Below are positions 55,601 through 62,875 of a stretch of 64,000 bases of DNA, piece after piece; the stretch's first letter is position 1; every line of letters starts with the position of its first letter. Under the pieces are notes generated by a model that ran no database searches, had not been told where the DNA came from, and saw only the letters and a program-made list of their open reading frames with translations. The position numbers and the translations under genes were made by a program. This DNA comes from a virus: the IMG/VR virus record IMGVR_UViG_3300046747_000551, positions 1 through 64,000 of that record; one strand, written 5' to 3'.

Positions 55601-57527
55601 CCATGACGGACTCCAGGACGTGGGAAAATTCGTGCGGCGCGTCCGCGGACGACTTCACCAGGGTCACGCTCTCCACGTTCCCCTTGTCGTCGGCCACGTT
55701 GATTTTCGACACGCCGCGAGAGCGGGCTTCCTGCGCGACGGCCGCTTGCTGCTCTGGTGTGAGCGGCTGGCCACCGTTGGCGCGGATGGTGTCCTGTTCG
55801 ATGGCCTTCTGGTAAGACGCATCATCCACCAAGAAAAGTTTCTTGCCGAACGGGCGCAGCGTCTCGCGCAGGCTGTCCACCATGTTGCGCGCGTTCTCCG
55901 GCGTTGAGGCGGAGACGGCCTCGTGTGCAGCGTTCAGGGCCGGGAAGCCCTCGTAACCGGGCGAGGGCGTTTTCTCCCAGTTAATTTGCCCGGGGTCGAA
56001 ATAGCGTTTCGCGCCGGCCTCAGCGACTGCGCCCTTGACGCCGGTCACCGCGCCGTGAACAGCTCCGCCCACCGCGCCGACACCGAGCAGCCCGCCTTGG
56101 GGCTCATCGGTGGCGAACGCGAGTGGAGCGGTTGTCGCTGCACCTTCCAGTGCGCCTACCACGGGCGGTTTGACAAAAGCTGCCGCGGTCTTCGCCGCGT
56201 TGAGGACCTTGGCTCCGGTCGTGGACTCCAGGCCGAGCGAGAGTTGCCCGGCCGGGGCCGCGCCGCCGGCTTCGCCGACTTCGCGAATGAATTGTCCGGT
56301 CTTGCTGATAACCGGTGCGGCCAGACGCGCGGCGACCAAGGCTTTGGTGGGCACGCCGAACATGTGCAGGAACGCCCCCGTGCCGATGCCATGCGCCGAG
56401 CTGGGGAGCAGGTTCTTGATGCCCTGGCCGGTGGCCTCGATACCTTGCCCGACAACCTGGGCGGTCTTCGCGGCTGCCGTTCCGGCCGCGCGCCCGAGAT
56501 AACTCAGGGCCGCGTCTGCGCCGGCTTGATTGGCTGCCGTGAAAAGGATGCGCCCGCCGGTAGAAACCGCTTTGAGCCCGACGCCCGTGCCGACGAGCGT
56601 GATGGGGTCCGTCAAGCTGAGGAGCTTGATGTTCTCCGGGTTGAGCTGCACGCCTTCGCTGACGAGATTTTTGACGCCCTCACCGCGGGAGAGTTCCTCG
56701 ACCGTTTGCTTCCAGCCGAGGTCCTTGAAAAATTCGTTCTTGAGTTCCTCGTCCGATATGGTCCGCCAGTCCTTTTTCCCGTGCAAATCAAAGGCCGGTC
56801 CGACGGCTTTGCGCGCACCCTGGCGCACCATGTCCTGGAGCGAGCCCACGGCGGTCTGCGTGCCGGCGGTGGCCTCCGCAATGGCGGCTTCCTTATTGTC
56901 CTCCGACATGGTTTCCCACTGCTTGCGCAGCTCGGGGTCGCCGCCCTCACCGCGCAGCGTCATCGTGATGGTGTTAACCAGCTTGCCGATGCCGCCGATT
57001 TCTCCGAGGTTCTCCAGCCGCGCCGGGATGGACTTCAGGATGTCCTTCAACAGCGGGACGGTGTCCTTCTTGACGGACTCCACGGTCTTATGGAGCGTGG
57101 CTCCCTGGGCCTGCTGCTCGCGATAAGTGTCGAGCGCCTTTTGATAGCGCTTCGGGTCCTTGAAAACGTCGGGATTCTGCGAGACGAAGTCGTGGATTTT
57201 GAAGTTCGGGTCCGCCGCCAAGTCCTGGGGTGTGCGTTCATCCAGGGCGTCGGCCTTGCGCTCCCCGGCAAAAGGGTCGTGGACCTGTTGCTCGCCGTGG
57301 AAGGGGTCAACCTGCTTCTCTCCGGCAAACGGGTCCGCCGGCTTGACGGCTTCTTTTTCCCCAGGCGCGAGCGGCGGCGGTTCGATGCCCTTCGCAGCGA
57401 AAGCCGCGCGCATCTTTGCGTGTTCCGCGGCCAGCGCTTCGGGCGTTAGAACGCCCGGCTGTTCCGCTGGAGTGAGTGGGATGTCCGTGAACGGCTGCCC
57501 CTCCGACAGGTCTTGGACGACTGGCAT
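49644..57527 (-). CDS. giant internal virion / DNA-ejection polyvalent protein (2627 aa)
   Basis: N-terminal DPFAGE repeats, Gly/Ala-rich hydrophobic helices, zincin motif PHEFSH...EFIAD, duplicated modules, and a C-terminal HhH-GPD-like domain. Last of a run of ejection-type genes. Confidence 0.75.
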   Translation of the reverse strand: MPVVQDLSEGQPFTDIPLTPAEQPGVLTPEALAAEHAKMRAAFAAKGIEPPPLAPGEKEAVKPADPFAGEKQVDPFHGEQQVHDPFAGERKADALDERTPQDLAADPNFKIHDFVSQNPDVFKDPKRYQKALDTYREQQAQGATLHKTVESVKKDTVPLLKDILKSIPARLENLGEIGGIGKLVNTITMTLRGEGGDPELRKQWETMSEDNKEAAIAEATAGTQTAVGSLQDMVRQGARKAVGPAFDLHGKKDWRTISDEELKNEFFKDLGWKQTVEELSRGEGVKNLVSEGVQLNPENIKLLSLTDPITLVGTGVGLKAVSTGGRILFTAANQAGADAALSYLGRAAGTAAAKTAQVVGQGIEATGQGIKNLLPSSAHGIGTGAFLHMFGVPTKALVAARLAAPVISKTGQFIREVGEAGGAAPAGQLSLGLESTTGAKVLNAAKTAAAFVKPPVVGALEGAATTAPLAFATDEPQGGLLGVGAVGGAVHGAVTGVKGAVAEAGAKRYFDPGQINWEKTPSPGYEGFPALNAAHEAVSASTPENARNMVDSLRETLRPFGKKLFLVDDASYQKAIEQDTIRANGGQPLTPEQQAAVAQEARSRGVSKINVADDKGNVESVTLVKSSADAPHEFSHVLESVMAPEAREALHDAVREAYTPEELDALKAHYEQQFGRPFTPEEVRSEFIADNWANLLYNTPMESLGLPEAKTTFRQKFLDAAVSMGNALGLDMTAGRKTPGLNLKPSYSLRKALANATGEILAERDQRAAQQATAAPPVQPAEPAPAPAAPVEVPVKPAAEPTAQGELPLFEQPSAPAEATPPASPPAPAPAEATPPAAPSAKRAAVTNTGILTSWSKGKDNEAAVNTVAQAMDQGIGVRMEHAGAPKVTYEPTEPERAAEVEEGRGLPPDQREVHTGEKFLTRAEQTKTGEPQVIARSVDKVVSNIDRAVQWGKAAGETVPWETDANGALTAAGLNQLLADQRTYWDNQDRGFRGGGGKLVRPEGVNVSIPAEKGEGTQLGTEKEQWLNLLQGKDVGPPQTARTVKGQLPANIKAQEIRAAQGDVSERIAPGTNIPIYPEKATQGRGPVEVKETNPLRNRLRAAGMPVGDLHTVVERLNAADIVKAEPAPELQGKGGQTDIARAGYLPEKPVGETVKDVTDATPEQWQKFFGPQGSLTRSAYDLGLGLKDRADLDTLMAAQDAASKTAQATMAEVRGGNFDALDKASADATKAQFFREAIEAATDKGSAAGESGWRKSHPDAKPPFAGGGEPKAFLTPEAPPEKGSYESLLGDMQNAGLVRGMTQKFDYAQVMRQMDQGLTTEQFRNMPYTDQKVVYDIADYIEKNQRARGLASEFKEFSPRHQGVPATGVAPKEFTSLGKRAAGIYNDELSKELDTVPKSEWTSPETVAKVVENMPIERFQKAGGTDAVKRVLARLGTEDLDTIYSSIPASEWPIIQNAIRNWHQKNHPGDFVPFDKAMEQVQNRLAGRYGPEVAQKAMDRGNELAKKKGGFLSETALEPIRNGEKDGETFNADGSVFVPPTDAKLDVVPLTSINLPADQFTAAGVAKALEPFKETLKNENIKAGVFRLATPDAEGKQQYSVDINALVDQEHRDNSAAFAKANGQEGIYDLSAQESVATGGNGEAVLKSPAEVAKAAEALARGENPLTPGEADVKPLDDRWHVVWKPRAEGKTTLRQTVHAASAEEAQQKAGVPEGAHIVSTEPVYAPGMRRAGYLPAPADFKEPAPKKPTVDEKELHDGEVVGAAWVLPNGKWKSVESAYYHDDAATKMSQMTGLGESPTLEFQHQTGSLRVTNADSPRAVEEFGNSAMNVSFSRKPTSAQKNVILSSLDQVALEGEPYYSMFHADVHDLNGNVLASTSLPWPADRGKVARFLTDPFGEEFSKAPAVKVENYGGMDILEGTKQQLREAIFSRDFEESVRKAKPEYLTVIEVDSPANKERVAMKAFRRIGTYDSIVRQLRENGALDTLKPVEREEDFGGPTESDVRPTGEPRQWKVTWKPGETSKDTFSQTIEGATADEAVKKLVLKTGKLISVDEVKPGERGGYLPKKRAPKEEEPNPYEKYNVPASQKPKGDKPTGWVLPNGEYVPLDTDYHQTWLGENADQLNKQFGTSFSDTANIQDRQDAINKGFIRAREYNGNLTVEANQKFFKGKAKQAIETLLTDHAENLDRAQINLLNDDGQVVDQVAARLFDAEDPRGAAMDMLDRVKPEAQARKGGPSGIQIARSRGGYLPENIPPQGTPGFNDYAESLVAKAKSFPEVLAPELRRDKAGNVRAAWDGEPLFAAQEWDLFNTPLAKKSGSVDAFTTDLSKKMEEEYNSIKDRPELKGAEQWYELCRTKLREVLKTPEDIKLFGELLGATSPQQKVAPNFSDAVAAFNQIKSGAYDDMVAKYREGKAKFAAKDPEAMADFQKEASASAVKSGQLSDFLYWWADKHDLVPKKANGAKYGMNSRAVMKVLDGTWMESVEGPKTPSFTGNLIGLWFKGIVDKWAMRTMTRLSSEGQPWRIIHQAETGISNPEYFAGEKAFQEAADRIGIKPDALQAILWVNEQRLWEENGWARAGAQHGATYQGLLEHTTKTPEGKLEFTPPKPPKKVKSKVAKIVESQ

Positions 57528-57530
57528 AAA

Positions 57531-58880
57531 TTAGCGGGCTTCGACTGGCAACACCGGGATATCGGCTTCTGATGGGGCGGGCGCCGGCTCCGCAGCGGGA
57601 GCCGGAGCGGCAGGCAGGTTGCCCTTGTATTTTCGGTTCACGAATTTGCGACCGTCCGGCGACATGTAAAACTCTGCGTCGTCGGGGGCCTCGGCCGGCG
57701 AGTTGACGACCGGGATTTGCTTCACGAGAGACGCCCCCGTGCCAGCTGCGGGCGCGGTGGCTGCGGGAGTCGCCGTCGGCGTCGCCGCGGTGAGGACCGC
57801 CGGAGCCGGGGGGACTGTGGCAGCCCCCGGGCGCTTGGTCACTGCATCTCGGTTTGGAAGCTGAACAAAGTTTTTCCCGTTGAGCACGTTCATTTCCTCA
57901 TCCGTGAGGACCTCGTCCAGGTCGTTTCCGATATTCTGTTTCTCGGCGCGCTTCTGGATGAATTTGTAGTGGTCGCGGGAATCCTCGGACACGGCTTGGT
58001 TGTATTGCTGAAAAGCCTGCGCCATCTGGCGACGGTCGTTCTCCGTGAGAATTGCGCCGGCGGGAAGCTGGTCCCGGTTCGGCAGCGTCATAAAGTTGTC
58101 CAGCTTTTTCTTGAGCTGCTCGGCGAACGGCGTTTGCTTCTGCACGAAGTCAATCATCGATGGACGAATGACGGCCGAGGGATTCGCGGCCTTCAAAAAG
58201 GAATCGATGAGCAGTCCGTCCTCGGCGTTTGACGGCGTGGGATTCGACAGCACGTTGCGCGCGACGCGGAGCGCACCGAGAGCGGTATCAAGCCCGCGCT
58301 CGTGATTCTTCTTGTCCTTCTGCTGGACCAGTTCATCAATCGCCTTGGGCGCATTCGGCGCGGCGGATTCTACCGTGCGGACGGGGCCGACCGCGCGCCC
58401 TTCCTTGGTCATCATCTGACCCGTGATGGTTTTCTGGCCAGAGGGAAGGACCGTCGTCGTGGTGTGCTCGGTCGCGCTAAGCGACATCGCGCGCGCATGT
58501 TCGCGCTCCTCCTTGGCCTGGGTCGCGAGCAAAATGTTCTTGAGCGCTGCGGGGCGGTCAACCGTGCCGTCCGGCTTCGTGGGCAGCTCGTAGCCTTCGT
58601 GCGCGGCGACCTGGGCATGCACCTTGGCCACTTCTTCGTTGGAGCCGCCACTGAGCAGGTTAGTATATTCCTGGCGGGCCTTCAACGCAGCGTTGCGTTG
58701 CAGGGCGGGAGACAGCTTGCGCTCGTCCAGCGCCTTTTGCGCCTGCAACTCGTGAATCAAGTCCTCCGCGTCCCATGAATTGAGCAACTGATGCGTGGGC
58801 ATCTTCGCATACTTCGCCCGGGCCTGCTCGTAGTAGGCCTTGTATTGCGGGTCGTTTCGGTCCACATGCGTCGTCGGCAT
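57531..58880 (-). CDS. probable internal virion (ejection) protein
   Basis: Start MPTTHVD at 58880; D..LIDSFLKAANPSAVIR resembles a motif seen in phage ejection proteins; position in the ejection run. Confidence 0.55.
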   Translation of the reverse strand: MPTTHVDRNDPQYKAYYEQARAKYAKMPTHQLLNSWDAEDLIHELQAQKALDERKLSPALQRNAALKARQEYTNLLSGGSNEEVAKVHAQVAAHEGYELPTKPDGTVDRPAALKNILLATQAKEEREHARAMSLSATEHTTTTVLPSGQKTITGQMMTKEGRAVGPVRTVESAAPNAPKAIDELVQQKDKKNHERGLDTALGALRVARNVLSNPTPSNAEDGLLIDSFLKAANPSAVIRPSMIDFVQKQTPFAEQLKKKLDNFMTLPNRDQLPAGAILTENDRRQMAQAFQQYNQAVSEDSRDHYKFIQKRAEKQNIGNDLDEVLTDEEMNVLNGKNFVQLPNRDAVTKRPGAATVPPAPAVLTAATPTATPAATAPAAGTGASLVKQIPVVNSPAEAPDDAEFYMSPDGRKFVNRKYKGNLPAAPAPAAEPAPAPSEADIPVLPVEAR

Positions 58881-58884
58881 AAAA

Positions 58885-59328
58885 TCAGTCACCAGTGTCC
58901 ACCAGATAAATCTCGCCGGTGCTTGGCGGGGCAATCGCGGTAGGAATCGCGTTCCCGTATTGGTCCGTCGTGCCAGTGATTCCGCTCACCCCGCCGCCGG
59001 GCGGGGGTCCGAAGTTCGGGCCACCGAGTCCACCACCGGAAGCAGCGGGCGTGACGGGTGCGCCGGAGCTGTCGCGCGGGAGGGATTCCTCTTCGGAGCT
59101 GTTGTTGTTGAACAAATTTCGGTCGCGGGATTCCTTGGTCCGCGCGTCTTTGTCCGCTTGGTCCTTCAGGGCTTTTTGGCGCTTCTGTTCGTCCGTGTTT
59201 TGCTGCGTCTGGGCACCCCCGCCCGCCTGCGCGAGGTGCATGTTGTTAATCGCCTGCGTCAGCGACATCGCGGCGAAAGTCTTCGCGTCGGAATTAACTG
59301 GGACGATTGGAATATCGAGGGCAGCCAT
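58885..59328 (-). CDS. hypothetical internal virion protein
   Basis: Low-complexity sequence between ejection-type genes. Confidence 0.5.
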   Translation of the reverse strand: MAALDIPIVPVNSDAKTFAAMSLTQAINNMHLAQAGGGAQTQQNTDEQKRQKALKDQADKDARTKESRDRNLFNNNSSEEESLPRDSSGAPVTPAASGGGLGGPNFGPPPGGGVSGITGTTDQYGNAIPTAIAPPSTGEIYLVDTGD

Positions 59329-59329
59329 A

Positions 59330-60586
59330 TTACGCGGTCGCAGTTTTCATCTGTTTGATTTGACGGACCAGCGCCTTCACACTGGCGAGCGCGACGCCAA
59401 TCGCGTCCACGATGGGAATCGTTTTCGCGTCGCCCTGGCCGCTGCCAAAAAGCACGTCCCAGTCCTGGGCCATGGGTCCGGTGTGTCGGCCCGCCGGCAC
59501 GCCTTCGATGTCCTTCTTGTATTCCCAGTTCGAGACCGGGAGCCGGGACACCTTGTCGAGAATTTTCTCGTCGTCCACTTCGTGGATGTTTTCCTTGGCG
59601 TTTTTGTCGGAGAGCATCGACATGATGCCGCCCATGGCGCCCTGGGACGCTTGGCTTCCGCCACCGCCGCCCGTGCCGCCTGCGCCGCCGTAGGCACCCG
59701 AGGCGGTGCCGCCCCAGTTGCCAACCGACTGGTTCAACGCCGTGTCGCGGATGCGCGCGAATTCGAGCGCCTTCCACGAGTTCAGGTTGGCCTTCTGCAT
59801 CGCGATGTCGCGCTGCGCCGTGCGGCCGGAGAGGTCGAGGTTCAACGTCTCGCGACCGGTGAGGCCCGTGCCCGTCCCGGCTTCGGTCGAGTTGGCCAAC
59901 TGGAAAATGCCCGCGGCCCGGCCGAGGTTGGACTGCTCCGAGGATTGAATCGTCGGGAAAATCGAGCCGAGAATCTTCGCCCGGGACTCGGTCATCGCCT
60001 GCGCGGTGCCGGCCAGCTGAGACGCCTCCAGGTTGCGGGCCTGCCGCAGCTTTTCGCCCGCGCTGCCGAGCACGTTCGAAACTACGCCGCCCACGGACCG
60101 CTCACCCGGCTTTATGCCCGCTTGCGCGGCCGCTCCCACACCGGCGCGGACCAGCTCGGCCTGATACTCCGGCGGCAGACTGCCGCCCAGCTGGAGAAGG
60201 TCGTTCGCTTTCTGGATGACGGTGTCCTTGAGTTTCTTCAACTCCGGATTTTGGTCGATGTTCTCGCTGAAAAGCTGCTTGGCGACCCGCGTGGATTCGA
60301 GCGAGGAGGCCGGCGTCTGGGCCTGCGCGAGGAGGTCCTTGCGCGCCTGCTGCCCGGCCGCATACATCTCCGGCTCGTATTGCTTCTGTAGCGCGACGCG
60401 GCGGTCCAGGTAGCCCTTGTCGTATTGCTGGACGAGGTTGGTGATGCGCTCGATGTTGTAGTCCTGCGACAGCGCGTCGCGCTGGGCATTGAGGCCATTA
60501 CGCTGTGCCGCGTAAGCCTCGTTCATCGCCTTTTCGTCGGTGAATCTTTCAGCGATACTTGCGGCAGTTCCTAATACAGCTCCCAT
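59330..60586 (-). CDS. internal virion protein with C-terminal intramolecular chaperone (peptidase S74) domain
   Basis: Gln/Ala/Gly-rich helical body, then LSDKNAKENI...LPVSNWEYK...HTGPMAQD...IGVALASVKAL. Confidence 0.75.
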   Translation of the reverse strand: MGAVLGTAASIAERFTDEKAMNEAYAAQRNGLNAQRDALSQDYNIERITNLVQQYDKGYLDRRVALQKQYEPEMYAAGQQARKDLLAQAQTPASSLESTRVAKQLFSENIDQNPELKKLKDTVIQKANDLLQLGGSLPPEYQAELVRAGVGAAAQAGIKPGERSVGGVVSNVLGSAGEKLRQARNLEASQLAGTAQAMTESRAKILGSIFPTIQSSEQSNLGRAAGIFQLANSTEAGTGTGLTGRETLNLDLSGRTAQRDIAMQKANLNSWKALEFARIRDTALNQSVGNWGGTASGAYGGAGGTGGGGGSQASQGAMGGIMSMLSDKNAKENIHEVDDEKILDKVSRLPVSNWEYKKDIEGVPAGRHTGPMAQDWDVLFGSGQGDAKTIPIVDAIGVALASVKALVRQIKQMKTATA

Positions 60587-60589
60587 AAA

Positions 60590-61066
60590 TTAAAGTCGTT
60601 TCCGAAAACCTAGCTCGGCCACTTCGTAGCCGCGCTTTTCAAAGATTGCTTTCCCGCCGTCCTCATCGATGGTGAACATGTGACCATGGACAATGGAAGT
60701 GCAGCCGTGCTGCCGGGCGTCTTCCTCCGCGAAGTCCAGCAAGGTCCGGCCGATTCCCCGTCCCCGGGCCTCCGGAACCACGTAGAGAAAAGTCATGGTG
60801 GCGGTCATCTCACCGTTGAACGTGTCTGGGCAGTAGTTCGTCCCCACAAGCCCCTCAGGTCCACCTGAGCCGATGAACCAGTTCGCCGCCGTTATGGTCC
60901 CGGCGTTTTTCGAGATGAGCGAAGACCAGAGGCGGGACAGCGTTCGCATGTCCAGCTGACCGGGGTATTTCACCTCGTCGAAATAGCGCTGGAACAGCGG
61001 GCGGAGCAGGTAGAGCCCTTCCGGGATTACCTTCACCAAAGTCGTCACTTTTTCAGTTGCGGTCAT
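60590..61066 (-). CDS. GNAT-family acetyltransferase
   Basis: LYVVPEARGRGIGRTLL acetyl-CoA-binding motif A; IFEKRGY. Confidence 0.88.
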   Translation of the reverse strand: MTATEKVTTLVKVIPEGLYLLRPLFQRYFDEVKYPGQLDMRTLSRLWSSLISKNAGTITAANWFIGSGGPEGLVGTNYCPDTFNGEMTATMTFLYVVPEARGRGIGRTLLDFAEEDARQHGCTSIVHGHMFTIDEDGGKAIFEKRGYEVAELGFRKRL

Positions 61067-61074
61067 CTACTATT

Positions 61075-61101
61075 AAGTGTTCCGAATCAGTCCTTTGTCA
61101 A
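61075..61101 (-). promoter_or_regulatory. class B promoter TTGACA-N16-CACTT
   Basis: Spacer 61080-61095; ATG at 61066. Confidence 0.75.
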
Positions 61102-62166
61102 GTGCCAAAGGAACACCGTTGGCTGGATGGTATTGTGACCGACAGCCGCCGCGGTGTAGTGCGGGGCCTTCTCCAGGGTGAACTGCCGGCTGGTCATCAG
61201 CTGCGTGCCGGTCGGGCCGAGGGTCACCCCCGTCTGGCTGCCGTTCGGCGCGGAGTGCCCCGTGCGGGCGGTCTGGCTGTTCGGGGGCGTCGGCACCGGG
61301 ATGCCCGCCGTCTGGATTTCCGTGTCGGCGTCTTCCACCCGGAAGAAAACGACGTTCGCCTGGGTCGAGTTCAGGAGCGACGCGTGCCCAATCATGTGCG
61401 AGTGCTGCTCAATTTCGAGCGAGGACAGCACATGGTTCTCTTCGCCGAAGGTGTCGCCAGCTCCGCGCTGGGTGATGCCGGACGGCACGGACACCGCCGA
61501 TTCTGGCGAGCCGCCGGAATCCTTGGCTGCCTGGGCAATGGTCCGGCCGCGCCGGGACTCGTCGTTCTCATAGAGGAGCGACCAGCCCGGGTTGCGGGTG
61601 AGAACGGTCGTCAGCACGTCGCCCGTGACGGCCTTGACGTCGCCCGGCGAGCCCGATACCGTGCGCCACGCGCTGCGTTCCCAATGAATCAGACAGTTGA
61701 TGTCCGAGTCGAAATACTGCTCCAGGTCCAACGGGTCCGTCGGCCGGTTGGTCGTTCCGCCGTTGTTCGGCACGCTGGGCGCCGGCTCCCACGAGTTTCC
61801 GTCCCAGCCATACCAGCCGATGGGCCGGTTGCCGACGGACCGGAACCAGATGAGCGGGTCGTTCGTGCCCGGCTGGCCCGGGTCGTTCGGCCCGATGAAC
61901 GCGAACGCGCTCAGCGAGTCGGAGATGTCCAGCGGGACGTAGTGCCCAACGTTGATGTCGAACACGTAGAGCTTCGTGCCGTTTTTGAACCACGGGCCGG
62001 AGTTGCTCGCGGGCTCCACGTCGCCGATGACGAAAAAGTTCGTGCCGACCGGGGACTGGATGTCCTGCCGTTCGAGCATGGCGGCAAATAGCTCCTGCGG
62101 CGTGCCCTCGAAGTCCGGCGGCAGCTGCGACGCGACGATGACGAGATTGGTTTTCTGAAGGGGCAT
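61087..62166 (-). CDS. tail fibre/baseplate protein with collar-like domain
   Basis: RGRTI, TFGEENHVLSSLEIEQHSH, HNTIQPTVFLWHLTK: a tail-collar-type C-terminus. Confidence 0.7.
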   Translation of the reverse strand: MPLQKTNLVIVASQLPPDFEGTPQELFAAMLERQDIQSPVGTNFFVIGDVEPASNSGPWFKNGTKLYVFDINVGHYVPLDISDSLSAFAFIGPNDPGQPGTNDPLIWFRSVGNRPIGWYGWDGNSWEPAPSVPNNGGTTNRPTDPLDLEQYFDSDINCLIHWERSAWRTVSGSPGDVKAVTGDVLTTVLTRNPGWSLLYENDESRRGRTIAQAAKDSGGSPESAVSVPSGITQRGAGDTFGEENHVLSSLEIEQHSHMIGHASLLNSTQANVVFFRVEDADTEIQTAGIPVPTPPNSQTARTGHSAPNGSQTGVTLGPTGTQLMTSRQFTLEKAPHYTAAAVGHNTIQPTVFLWHLTKD

Positions 62167-62169
62167 AAA

Positions 62170-62451
62170 TTAGTGGCGTTCCAGCGCCTTGACGCGCTCA
62201 TTCAACGCGAACACCAGCGCGAGCAAAAGCTGGCTAGGATTTTCCAGGTAGTTGGCCAGCGCGTCCGCGTTGCCGGCGTCCACGAGGTCATTGAAGTCCT
62301 TGATGACGTCCGTCACGATGGTAAACTTGCGACCGTCGCCTCGGGTGAATTCCTGTGTGAATGCGGCTTCCAACTTGTTCAGCGCCGCACGCGCGTCTTG
62401 CGCGTTGGTTTTTCCACCGCCACGACCGGGGTTTGCTTTGGGCTTCGCCAT
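62170..62451 (-). CDS. hypothetical protein (C-terminal coiled coil LNERVKALE)
   Basis: Tight packing in the tail operon. Confidence 0.55.
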   Translation of the reverse strand: MAKPKANPGRGGGKTNAQDARAALNKLEAAFTQEFTRGDGRKFTIVTDVIKDFNDLVDAGNADALANYLENPSQLLLALVFALNERVKALERH

Positions 62452-62455
62452 AAAA

Positions 62456-62875
62456 TTATTCGCACGCTGGGACTTTTACTGTCAAAACTGCCGACGGGTC
62501 CGTGACTCCGAAGTCCCCGAACGCGCTCACCTGATAGAAGTAGGTGGCGTCCGCCACGACCTCTTCCATGAACACCGGGTCGTCAACCGACAGCACGTAA
62601 ACAAACGGGCCGTCTGCGCTGTCCGACACAAAAATGTTGTAGCCGATGGCCCCCGACAGGGGTGTCCACGTCAGCGTCACCACGCGCGGGCAATCGCTCA
62701 CCAGCGCCGACAAGCCGACCGGACCATCCAGCGTGAGGATGGGCAGGAACGCCGGGATGGAGGTGCTCGAACCGCTGCCGCTCTCCGACGGACCCGGCTG
62801 ACAAATCAACGGCGAGCGATAGTTGATTCGCAACTCGCGCCGCGTGATTCCGCGCAATGAATCAAATTGCATCAT
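62456..62875 (-). CDS. FN3-domain structural protein
   Basis: VTLTWTPLSGAIGYNIF...TYFYQVSAF. Confidence 0.75.
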   Translation of the reverse strand: MMQFDSLRGITRRELRINYRSPLICQPGPSESGSGSSTSIPAFLPILTLDGPVGLSALVSDCPRVVTLTWTPLSGAIGYNIFVSDSADGPFVYVLSVDDPVFMEEVVADATYFYQVSAFGDFGVTDPSAVLTVKVPACE

